Below, piece after piece: positions 8,219 through 16,096 of a stretch of DNA of 19,818 nt (the first letter of the stretch is position 1; each line of letters starts with the position of its first letter). Source of the DNA: Thermoplasmata archaeon (GTDB lineage: Archaea; Thermoplasmatota; Thermoplasmata; GCA-020350865); NCBI GenBank assembly GCA_020348445.1, contig CP070751.1, forward strand, positions 1,165,177 to 1,184,994. The letters are read 5' to 3'. Under the pieces are notes generated by a model. That model worked only from the letters and a program-made list of their open reading frames with translations, searched no databases and had not been told where the DNA came from. The position numbers were made by a program, and so were the translations under genes.

Positions 8219-9148
8219 ATGACCGAACCTGCGATAAAGGTCAAGAATTTAGTCAAGATATATGGAGAATTACATGCAGTGGATGACATCTCTTTTGATG
8301 TCCAAATGGGGGAGGTATTCGCCTTTTTAGGGCCGAATGGCGCAGGTAAGACAACCACTGTGGAGATTATAGAGACAATTCGCTCTCCCACTTCAGGTGA
8401 AGTTGATATTTTAGGTTTGGACATCAAAAAAAACAGAAAGGAAATAATTCAGAGAATAGGTGTTTTGCCCCAAGAGTTCAGTTCCTTTGACAGAATAACC
8501 ACGAGAGAGACCCTACAGTACTTTTATCGACTATTTGAGGGAGGTAGGGATATAGATGAGCTTCTAAAAATGGTGGGTCTTGAAGATGAAAGAGATAAAT
8601 GGTACATGAACCTCTCAGGCGGATTAAAGCAGCGTCTTGGAATCGCAGTTGCACTTGTAAACGACCCCGAGGTCGTCTTTTTGGACGAACCCACAACAGG
8701 TCTTGATCCCAGGGCAAGAAGAGATACGTGGGAGGTTATAAAGACATTGAAAAAAGAGGGAAAGACGATTTTTCTTACCACGCATTATATGGAGGAAGCA
8801 GAGGCTTTAGCAGACAAGGTGGCCATAATCTCCAAAGGCAAGATCATAGCCCGCGGTTCCCCAAACGAACTTATCGACGCTCACTGCGGAACAATACATA
8901 TCACAGTCCGCGGCGGTGGTTATGAAACAAAGGAAATTGCCAAGGAAATGGGATTTTCCTATGACACTCCCGGAAACGGAGACATCATAATAGATGTTTC
9001 AAGTAGCGAACAGGTTCTTCCAGTTCTCAACAGACTCAAGGAAAAAGGTGTAAGATATGATGGATTCGATGTAAGGAAGGCGAATTTGGAGGAGGTGTTC
9101 TTAGCTCTGACAGGACAGGCCCTCTGTGAGGAGGGTGAAAAGGAATGA
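8219..9148 (+). CDS. ABC-2 type (DrrA-like) exporter ATP-binding subunit
   Basis: Walker A GPNGAGKTT, signature LSGGLKQR, Walker B VVFLDEPTTGLD, H-loop TTHYMEEA. Confidence 0.96.
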   Translation: MTEPAIKVKNLVKIYGELHAVDDISFDVQMGEVFAFLGPNGAGKTTTVEIIETIRSPTSGEVDILGLDIKKNRKEIIQRIGVLPQEFSSFDRITTRETLQYFYRLFEGGRDIDELLKMVGLEDERDKWYMNLSGGLKQRLGIAVALVNDPEVVFLDEPTTGLDPRARRDTWEVIKTLKKEGKTIFLTTHYMEEAEALADKVAIISKGKIIARGSPNELIDAHCGTIHITVRGGGYETKEIAKEMGFSYDTPGNGDIIIDVSSSEQVLPVLNRLKEKGVRYDGFDVRKANLEEVFLALTGQALCEEGEKE

Positions 9149-10257
9149 ACGTTCGCCGCATCGCAGCCAACCTGACTGTGGATCTAAAAGAATTTGTAAG
9201 AAACAAGGCTGCTGTCTTCTGGACCATCATGTTTCCCATTCTTTTGATACTATTATTTGGTTTCATATTTCAAGACGAGGGGGATATAAACTACGAATTA
9301 TTGGTGCAGGATAAGGATTCAGGGAATTGGTCGACTGCTTTAACGGATGTAATCAATGAAACTGATTTGTTCGATGTCAAGATGGTACATCCAAATGAGG
9401 ATCCTGAAGATTATATGAAGGATAATAATGCAAATGTTCTTATCATCATTCCAGAGGGTTACTCTGATGAGGTCAACTATAAGCTTGCAGGTTTATCAGA
9501 TGATGGGCCTGTAAATATTACAATTATGTACGACCCCACCCAATCCTCATCTCAGACCAAGATTCAAATTTTGGACTCCATAATTCAAGGAGTCAACAAG
9601 GGTATTGCAAACACGACAGATACCATCGGCGTAAATGCAGAAACAACTGTTTCCGAGGAATTCAAGTACATCGATTTCTTTGCACCAGGGATAATCGCCA
9701 TGTCTGTCATGGCAACTAGCCTGTTCGGTTCTGTAACAATAAATACAGAACTTAGGCAAAAAGGAATTCTAAGAAAATTAGCCACAACACCTATTACAAG
9801 ACCGGAGTGGCTCATGGCAAATATCATGTACCAACTTGTGATGGCCGTGATTTCCACCTCAGCTATTCTTTTAATTGGAATTGTTGTGTTCGACTTACAA
9901 CCTCATTTCAACCTGTTTCTTCCGCTTTTTGTTCTCCTCACAGTCTTCGCATTCTCTGGGATAGGCATGCTTATCACAAGATTTGTTAAGGAGGCGCAGA
10001 GCGCAGAAGCAGCTGCAAATGCTGTCATGTTTCCAATGATGTTTCTAGCAGGGACGTTCTTCCAGCTTGAGATGATGCCCGATTTCCTTCAAAAGGTGGC
10101 CTTGGTGCTTCCATTGTATTATATCAATGAGGGGCTTAGGGATTCTATGATCAATCTCAACTTCGATGGTGCGTGGTTCAACGCCGCTGTAATTGGAGTA
10201 TTTGGAATCATCGTGTTTATCCTGGGGATATTCCTTACAAAATGGGAAGAAGAATAG
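9145..10257 (+). CDS. ABC-2 type exporter permease
   Basis: One N-terminal TM, a large extracellular loop, then several TMs with FFAPGIIAM and PMMFLAGTFFQLEMMPDFLQ...LPLYY. ATGA overlap (9145-9148) with the ATPase gene indicates translational coupling. Confidence 0.95.
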   Translation: MNVRRIAANLTVDLKEFVRNKAAVFWTIMFPILLILLFGFIFQDEGDINYELLVQDKDSGNWSTALTDVINETDLFDVKMVHPNEDPEDYMKDNNANVLIIIPEGYSDEVNYKLAGLSDDGPVNITIMYDPTQSSSQTKIQILDSIIQGVNKGIANTTDTIGVNAETTVSEEFKYIDFFAPGIIAMSVMATSLFGSVTINTELRQKGILRKLATTPITRPEWLMANIMYQLVMAVISTSAILLIGIVVFDLQPHFNLFLPLFVLLTVFAFSGIGMLITRFVKEAQSAEAAANAVMFPMMFLAGTFFQLEMMPDFLQKVALVLPLYYINEGLRDSMINLNFDGAWFNAAVIGVFGIIVFILGIFLTKWEEE

Positions 10258-11442
10258 TCAGGCTTCACCACGCCAAAGAGGGTGGGAGTTTTTAAGCTTC
10301 TTCTTCTGCACATCCCAGGAGTAGAACTTCTCGAATTTAATCCTCCCAGCTTTCCCCATTTTCTTAGCATCGTCAGGGTTCTTGGAAAAATGTAAAATCG
10401 CCTTTGTTATTGCATTTATGTCCATTGGTTTCACTGCAAATCCACACTTGGACTCAGTAACCACGACCTTCCTCATATTTGGAAAATCGGAAACGATCAT
10501 TGGAACTGACATTGACATGTAATCAAAGAGTTTGTTTGGGACTCTTGCGATCTGGTTTGGATTAAGAGGCTGAAAAAGCGCAGTGCCTACATCAAAGACT
10601 GCAGAGTATCGAAGGAGGTCCTCGCTTTTTACCCGACCTGTGAGTATTACTCTTTCTTGAACCCTTCTTTTTGCCACATGTTTCTTCACATTCTCAAGAT
10701 CCTCGGCTCTACCACTTCCCCCCACCACTAAAAATTTGTAGTTCTTGGGCAAGTTCTTCATTGCATCAATAACCTGCTGCGTTCCGTTTTCTAGATTCAC
10801 ACTTCCTGAAAAGCCGATTACAAAATCATCTTTCTTAAGGCCGAACTTGTCCTTCATTTCACCAATATCGGTCTCTTTGATCTTTGGTATCGAATCTAAA
10901 CTTTTGGAATTGTAAAGGGAGACAGCGGGATAGCCCATGCCCTTGTATTTATCTGTCAGGTCATCTCCATAGGTGTAGCTATAAGTGACATTTTTTAAGA
11001 GTTTCTTTTGCAAACGAGCAAAGAAACGGGACTCCAACTTGCTGTTCTCAGCCACCATTTCGGGCCAGTTCTCATGGGCGTCAAAGAAAAGAGGGACATT
11101 GAGTGCTTTTTTTGCTATAACACCTGCTTTTAATATCTCAAGATCGTGTGCTACAATTGCATTGGGTTTTATTTCAATTACTTTCTTTGACATCTCCTTT
11201 AGTATTCTCCTGTAGGCTAAAAACCTCTTTAGAAATGATTTTTTTGGAGGGGGTAAAAAGAACCTGTGCACTTTTATTCCTTCCCTTTCTTCTGTTTTTG
11301 GAAGATCCAGGGAATCCTTGATCCACGAAACCACAAATATATAATATCCATGTTCTATTAGAACCTCTATTTCCTTCATTGCACGCATAATAGGCCAAGG
11401 CGTAAATAAATCGGCATGAAGCACGAAGCATACGGATTTCAT
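10258..11442 (-). CDS. Glycosyltransferase family 4 (GT-B fold)
   Basis: AHDLE, FDAHENWPE, IGFSGS, VPNKLFDYMSMSVPMIVSDFP, C-terminal YSWD. The NKLF variant of the GT4 donor-binding motif is present. Confidence 0.93.
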   Translation of the reverse strand: MKSVCFVLHADLFTPWPIMRAMKEIEVLIEHGYYIFVVSWIKDSLDLPKTEEREGIKVHRFFLPPPKKSFLKRFLAYRRILKEMSKKVIEIKPNAIVAHDLEILKAGVIAKKALNVPLFFDAHENWPEMVAENSKLESRFFARLQKKLLKNVTYSYTYGDDLTDKYKGMGYPAVSLYNSKSLDSIPKIKETDIGEMKDKFGLKKDDFVIGFSGSVNLENGTQQVIDAMKNLPKNYKFLVVGGSGRAEDLENVKKHVAKRRVQERVILTGRVKSEDLLRYSAVFDVGTALFQPLNPNQIARVPNKLFDYMSMSVPMIVSDFPNMRKVVVTESKCGFAVKPMDINAITKAILHFSKNPDDAKKMGKAGRIKFEKFYSWDVQKKKLKNSHPLWRGEA

Positions 11443-11592
11443 ATTTGGCTACCTCGATTCCAATACATATTGCCAAATGAATCTCATTTTCCTTTATTAC
11501 ACTTTCTATATACACCCCCCAAGATTTAGATTGTGTTACTAAATAATGGAATCACAACATTTAAAATACCCTTTTTCTTTAACCTCAAAGAT

Positions 11593-12987
11593 ATGTCAGA
11601 TTTGGATTTCTTCTTTAAACCAAAATCTATCGCAGTTTTGGGTGCATCCTCCAAACCCGGAAAAATAGGTTACGAGGTTTTGAAGAATATAATTGATGCA
11701 GGTTACGAGCATGAAATATACCCAATAAACATTAGCGCTGAGGAAATACTGGGTAAAAAAACCTTCAAGAGCATCCTAGATGTCCCAAATAATGTGGATT
11801 TGGCTGTCTATGCACTGCCAGCCAAATATGCACCGCAAACAGTCTTGGAGTGCGGGAAGAAGCAGGTAAAGGGAATCGTCATCATATCCGGGGGTTTCAA
11901 GGAGCTTAAGGGAGAAGGAATTGAGCTTGAGAGAAGGACTCTTGAGAATGCAAGGCAAAACAATATCCGGATAATAGGCCCAAACTGTGTGGGAATTCTC
12001 AGTCCAAAGGGCAAGTTCGACACTTTCTTTCAACCCAGATACGCTATGATGCGTCCAAAACCGGGTAACATCAGCGTCCTGACTCAGTCAGGTACCTTTG
12101 GACTTAGCATACTGGAGTGGCTTGCAGAGGAGGATTTGGGTGTTGCCAAGTTCGTAAGCTACGGTAACAAAGCGGATGTTGATGAAATAGATATGCTCAA
12201 GTACCTTGAAAATGACCCTGAAACTGAGATTATTGCACTCTACGTCGAGGGCCTCAAATACGGTAGACAATTTGCAGAGCTTGCCAAAAAGATCAGCAAA
12301 ACAAAGCCGATTATCATGCTAAAGGCAGGAAGAACTGCAAAAGGAGCAAGGGCAGCTCACAGCCACACAGGCTCTATCGCAGGTAATGATGATGTATTTT
12401 TCGGAGCCATGAAGCAGTCAGGAGTGATCGTGGTTCCTGAGATAGATGAGATGCTTGATATAATCAAGCTTTTGGTCCTGCAGCCTAGACCCAAGGGCAA
12501 CAGGGTTGCCATGGTTACAAATGGTGTTGGACCATGTGTAATTGCTGTGGATGAGATCGAGATGACAAGATATCTGAGCCTGGCGGAATTGAAGGAAGAA
12601 AGCATTGATAAATTGAAATCCTTCCTTCCCGACTACTGCGTGTTTTCAAATCCTCTGGATCTCACAGGCAGTGCGCAGGCAAGCTGGTACGGTCATTCCC
12701 TAGAAATTATAAAGGCAGATGAAAATGTGGACATTATCATGCCATTTTTTGTATTCCAGGACGCACCTTTATCTGAGAGCATCGAAGAGCTACATGAAAT
12801 AATGAAGAAAATCAATGATAAAGAAAAAACGTTGGTATGCATAGCAACAGGTGGGGAATTCACCGAAACCCAGGTTAAAAGACTGAGGGAAAACCAAATT
12901 CCCAGTGTATTTCCTGCTAAAAGGGCAATAGAAGCCCTGAACAAGGTAATCTGGTATTCTATGTATCTACAAAAATCAGAAGAGTAA
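11593..12987 (+). CDS. acdA: Acetate/acyl-CoA ligase (ADP-forming) alpha subunit
   Basis: CoA-binding N-terminus FFKPKSIAVLGAS..PGKIG, IIGPNCVG, QSGTFG, SYGNKADV, phospho-His motif AHSHTGSIAG, NPLDLTG. Start moved to ATG 11593 because TATA-like TTTAAAATA lies at 11560-11568. Confidence 0.9.
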   Translation: MSDLDFFFKPKSIAVLGASSKPGKIGYEVLKNIIDAGYEHEIYPINISAEEILGKKTFKSILDVPNNVDLAVYALPAKYAPQTVLECGKKQVKGIVIISGGFKELKGEGIELERRTLENARQNNIRIIGPNCVGILSPKGKFDTFFQPRYAMMRPKPGNISVLTQSGTFGLSILEWLAEEDLGVAKFVSYGNKADVDEIDMLKYLENDPETEIIALYVEGLKYGRQFAELAKKISKTKPIIMLKAGRTAKGARAAHSHTGSIAGNDDVFFGAMKQSGVIVVPEIDEMLDIIKLLVLQPRPKGNRVAMVTNGVGPCVIAVDEIEMTRYLSLAELKEESIDKLKSFLPDYCVFSNPLDLTGSAQASWYGHSLEIIKADENVDIIMPFFVFQDAPLSESIEELHEIMKKINDKEKTLVCIATGGEFTETQVKRLRENQIPSVFPAKRAIEALNKVIWYSMYLQKSEE

Positions 12988-12989
12988 TT

Positions 12990-13451
12990 TCATTGTTTAA
13001 GATTGAATCGCCTGACCTTGACATTACTCTGCCTGAGGACCTCTTTTGCCAGTTCATCAATGTAGTCATCATCATAGATTATTTCGGAAATGCTGGCGTT
13101 AATTAGCAATTTTGCACAAACAACACAGGGATGGTTAGTTGTGTAAATTTTCCCGTCTTTAATGCTTGTACCAAAAACAGCAGCCTGGATTATAGCATTC
13201 TGCTCAGCATGCACACCACGACAGAGCTCATGGCGCTCTCCAGTGGGGACATCCAGATTCTCCCGTACACAGCCAACCTCCTCGCAATGTGGAAGACCTT
13301 TGGGGGCACCATTGTATCCTGTTGAAAGCACCCTTTTGTCTTTTGTAATAACGGCTCCCACCTTTCTCCTAAGACAAGTGGATCGCTCTTTGGCAAGATG
13401 GGCCATCTTCATAAAGTACTCGTCTATGCTCGGCCGTGTGTTTATTGTCAT
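12990..13451 (-). CDS. dCMP deaminase (cytidine/deoxycytidylate deaminase family)
   Basis: RP..DEYFM, RSTCLRR.VGAV, STGYNGAP, Zn motifs HAEQNA and PCVVC. Confidence 0.93.
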   Translation of the reverse strand: MTINTRPSIDEYFMKMAHLAKERSTCLRRKVGAVITKDKRVLSTGYNGAPKGLPHCEEVGCVRENLDVPTGERHELCRGVHAEQNAIIQAAVFGTSIKDGKIYTTNHPCVVCAKLLINASISEIIYDDDYIDELAKEVLRQSNVKVRRFNLKQ

Positions 13452-13515
13452 AAATACACCAAAATTTTGACTATAATGGAATTTGCACTTTATCTGTGTT
13501 TTGGATGAAAGAAAT

Positions 13516-14733
13516 CTATTCCTCCATCTCCTTCTTGAGTGTGGTACCTAGCCTCTTAATGCCCTCTTCTAACAACTCATCTGATGAATGGGAGAAGTTC
13601 AACCTCATGTGATTCTTTCCACTTCCATCATGATAGAAGGCAGAGCCTATCACGAATGCCACATTATCCTCTTTTATGGCCCTCATCAAGATGAGCTTTG
13701 AATCCATGTGCTCTGGCATTGTAACCCATGAGAACATCCCGCCTTGCGGATAAGTCCAAGTTAATCCCTCTGGGAAATATTTGTCCATTGCCGCAAGCAT
13801 TATGTCCCTTTTCCTCTTGTACATCGTCTTTATCTTCTCTATATGGGGCATCAAATATCCTCTGTTCAGGAATTCATATGCAATGTACTGTGAAAACGTG
13901 GTAGAGCATAGATCAGCTGACTGCTTTGCAATTGCGAACTTCCGTGAAAGGTCCCTAGGGGAATGCATCCACGCAACCCTTAAACCAGGTGATAAAAGCT
14001 TGGACATGGTGCCAAGGAAAATAACCCTACCCTCGTAATCAAAGTACTTGACTGGCTTGACCTCCTCACCCTCAAAACGCAGCCTGCTGTAAGGGTCATC
14101 CTCCAGTATCAGCACGTCATAATCAATTGCTAGCTCCAGCATCTCCTCCCTTCGCTTCTCCGGCATTGTGACCCCAGCAGGGTTCTGGAATGTAGGAACA
14201 ACATAGATCATCTTCGGTTTTATTCCCTTTAACTTCAATTCCTTTAACTTGTCTTCAAGAGAACCAATTACAAGACCTTCATTATCCTGAGCCACAGAAT
14301 CGATCTCGGCCTGATATGATCTGAAGGCTCCCAATCCCCCTACATATGAGGGGGCTGTTGTCAATATCAGATCACCTGGGTTCAATATGGCCATGCTGAT
14401 CAGGGAAAGAGCCTGCTGTGAACCCGTGGTTACTATGAGGTTATCTACTTCACCTCCTACTCCCAATTGATCTTTCATGTAATCCAAAAGTGCCATTCTC
14501 AGGGGTCTGATGCCCTCGGTTGCAGAGTATTGAAGAGCCTTGTGAGAATCGTTTTTTAGAATGTCCTGACATATCTCGGCAATCTCTTTCACGGGAAAGG
14601 CATTTGTATTAGGCAAGCCCCCTGCAAGTGAAATGATCTCTGGGCGTTGAGTGAGTTCAAGAAGCTCTCTGATGTCTGAGGCCTTCATGCCCAAGGCCCT
14701 GTCTGCAAAGAATCTGCTCATGTCTCGTTCCAC
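13516..14733 (-). CDS. PLP-dependent class I/II aminotransferase (LysN/ARO8-like)
   Basis: ISLAGGLP, TTGSQQAL, YVVPTFQNPAG, ILEDDPY, PLP-Lys motif GTMSKLLSPGLRVAW, QGGMF, RLNFS. GGTGA lies 5 nt upstream of GTG 14733. Confidence 0.93.
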   Translation of the reverse strand: MERDMSRFFADRALGMKASDIRELLELTQRPEIISLAGGLPNTNAFPVKEIAEICQDILKNDSHKALQYSATEGIRPLRMALLDYMKDQLGVGGEVDNLIVTTGSQQALSLISMAILNPGDLILTTAPSYVGGLGAFRSYQAEIDSVAQDNEGLVIGSLEDKLKELKLKGIKPKMIYVVPTFQNPAGVTMPEKRREEMLELAIDYDVLILEDDPYSRLRFEGEEVKPVKYFDYEGRVIFLGTMSKLLSPGLRVAWMHSPRDLSRKFAIAKQSADLCSTTFSQYIAYEFLNRGYLMPHIEKIKTMYKRKRDIMLAAMDKYFPEGLTWTYPQGGMFSWVTMPEHMDSKLILMRAIKEDNVAFVIGSAFYHDGSGKNHMRLNFSHSSDELLEEGIKRLGTTLKKEMEE

Positions 14734-14763
14734 TATATCACCAAAGGGTTATAGGAGAAGAGA

Positions 14764-14799
14764 TATTTATAGTTCTTTTAGAAAAAAACATATATTTAG
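14764..14799. promoter_or_regulatory. Divergent TATA elements for the aminotransferase and purC
   Basis: Minus strand TATAAATA (14771-14764). Plus strand GAAAAAAACATATATTTAG (14781-14799). An alternative plus-strand TTTATA lies at 14821-14826. Confidence 0.45.
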
Positions 14800-14824
14800 A
14801 AGGCTATAACGGTATCCCTGTTTA

Positions 14825-14916
14825 TACTTTTACCCCTTATTTAACTGCGGTTTGTTATGAGGTGAGACTGATAAGATAAAACCGCTTTTGGATTTGAAGG
14901 GGGGAGAAAAAAGGTA
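14825..14916 (+). other. Extended hairpin immediately upstream of purC (candidate structured leader RNA)
   Basis: Nested complementary segments: TACTTTT 14825-31 with AAAGGTA 14910-16; CCCCTT 14833-38 with AAGGGG 14897-902; ATTTAA 14839-44 with TTGGAT 14888-93; GCGGTTT 14847-53 with AAACCGC 14879-85; TTAT 14855-58 with ATAA 14871-74. Confidence 0.5.
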
Positions 14917-14925
14917 GGGAGATGC

Positions 14926-15837
14926 ATGGAGAAGAAGCTTCTTAAGAAGGGTAAGGTAAAAGAGGTCTATGAAGTGGGAGAGGATAAACTGGAATTCAAG
15001 TTCACGGACCAGATCTCTGTTTTTGACAAGGTTATACCAACAAATGTTCCTCATAAAGGTGAGACTTTATGCAGGACCAGCGCACATTGGTTTGAAGTTG
15101 CGAAGTCGATGGGTATCAATACACATTTTGTGGAGGTTGCGGGACCCAACTTGATGCACGTGAAAAAGGTGGATGTGATTCGTGATTATGCAATGCTAAC
15201 ACCAGATACGAGCAACTATCTGATTCCCCTTGAGTTCATATGCAGGCATTATGTTGCAGGCTCGCTTTTGGACAGGTTGAAAAGTGGGGATGTGAAACCT
15301 GAAGATGTAGGATTTCCTCCTGGGCACACCCCCAAATATGGTGAGAAACTTCCAGAGCCTTTTTTCGAGATAACAACAAAACTCGAGGAATTTGACAGAA
15401 AGCTGACAATCGAGGACGGAATGGATATTGCGGGATTGATAAAGAACGATTTCCAAAATATTAGGGACACTGTACTGAAACTGGACGAGAGAATCGGTGA
15501 AGAGGTTGGTAAAAGAGGCCTTATACATGTTGACGGCAAAAAGGAATTCGCTTTTGATTCAGAGAGGAACCTGATGTTGATCGATACGTTTGGCACTGCT
15601 GACGAGGATAGGTTCTGGGATGCTGCAAGTTATGATAAAGGCAATTTTGTTGAGATGAGCAAGGAATTTGTTCGGCAGCATTACAGGAGTATAAGTTATC
15701 TGGATGTTCTTGAGGGTGCAAGAAAAAAAGGTGAAGAAGAGCCTGCCATCCCTGCATTGCCTGATGATGTCACTCCCAAGGTTAGCGAGCTTTATATCAA
15801 TCTGTACGAGAGACTGACAGGGGAGAAGTTCAGGTAG
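14926..15837 (+). CDS. purC: Phosphoribosylaminoimidazole-succinocarboxamide (SAICAR) synthase, long form
   Basis: KGKVKEVY, FTDQISVFD, PHKGE, PLEFICRHYVAGS, TTKLE, VDGKKEFA, DTFGTADEDRFW, SKEFVRQHY. Confidence 0.96.
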   Translation: MEKKLLKKGKVKEVYEVGEDKLEFKFTDQISVFDKVIPTNVPHKGETLCRTSAHWFEVAKSMGINTHFVEVAGPNLMHVKKVDVIRDYAMLTPDTSNYLIPLEFICRHYVAGSLLDRLKSGDVKPEDVGFPPGHTPKYGEKLPEPFFEITTKLEEFDRKLTIEDGMDIAGLIKNDFQNIRDTVLKLDERIGEEVGKRGLIHVDGKKEFAFDSERNLMLIDTFGTADEDRFWDAASYDKGNFVEMSKEFVRQHYRSISYLDVLEGARKKGEEEPAIPALPDDVTPKVSELYINLYERLTGEKFR

Positions 15838-15855
15838 AATAACCCCTAACAACAA

Positions 15856-15876
15856 TTTCATTTTTTTATTTATTTT
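15856..15876 (+). terminator. Oligo-T tract after purC (archaeal-type intrinsic terminator)
   Basis: TTTCATTTTTTTATTTATTTT about 20 nt after the stop. Confidence 0.5.
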
Positions 15877-16096
15877 AAAATCTACAAATATGGATATATA
15901 TATGGAATGCATCAGACAAATTATTTATATCTCAAATACAATTACCCAAGTCAAGGTAAAGGAGGGAGCAGGAATTCGAGAAGTGGGGTAGTGGAGCGAA
16001 ATTCAACTGGTGAGATGATTTATCGAGGGGAGTCTCACTGCTTCTTTTATTTGCTCTCAACAAGGGTAGATGATCTAAATATAGGAGGAAAAAAAT

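Noticed and set aside
11443-11557. Short inverted repeats ATTTGGC/GCCAAAT and TTGTG/CACAA in the GT4-acdA intergenic region
   Set aside because: Arms of 5-7 bp with long spacers are expected by chance in AT-rich DNA, and no second copy was seen.
11533-11592. TTG start for acdA given in the ORF track
   Set aside because: The extension contains the TATA box, and the family N-terminus (L..FFKPKSIAV) starts right after ATG 11593.
14825-14916. Known purine or ZTP riboswitch, tRNA or SRP RNA
   Set aside because: None of the conserved cores that I remember for these families is present; an Rfam scan is needed to be definitive.
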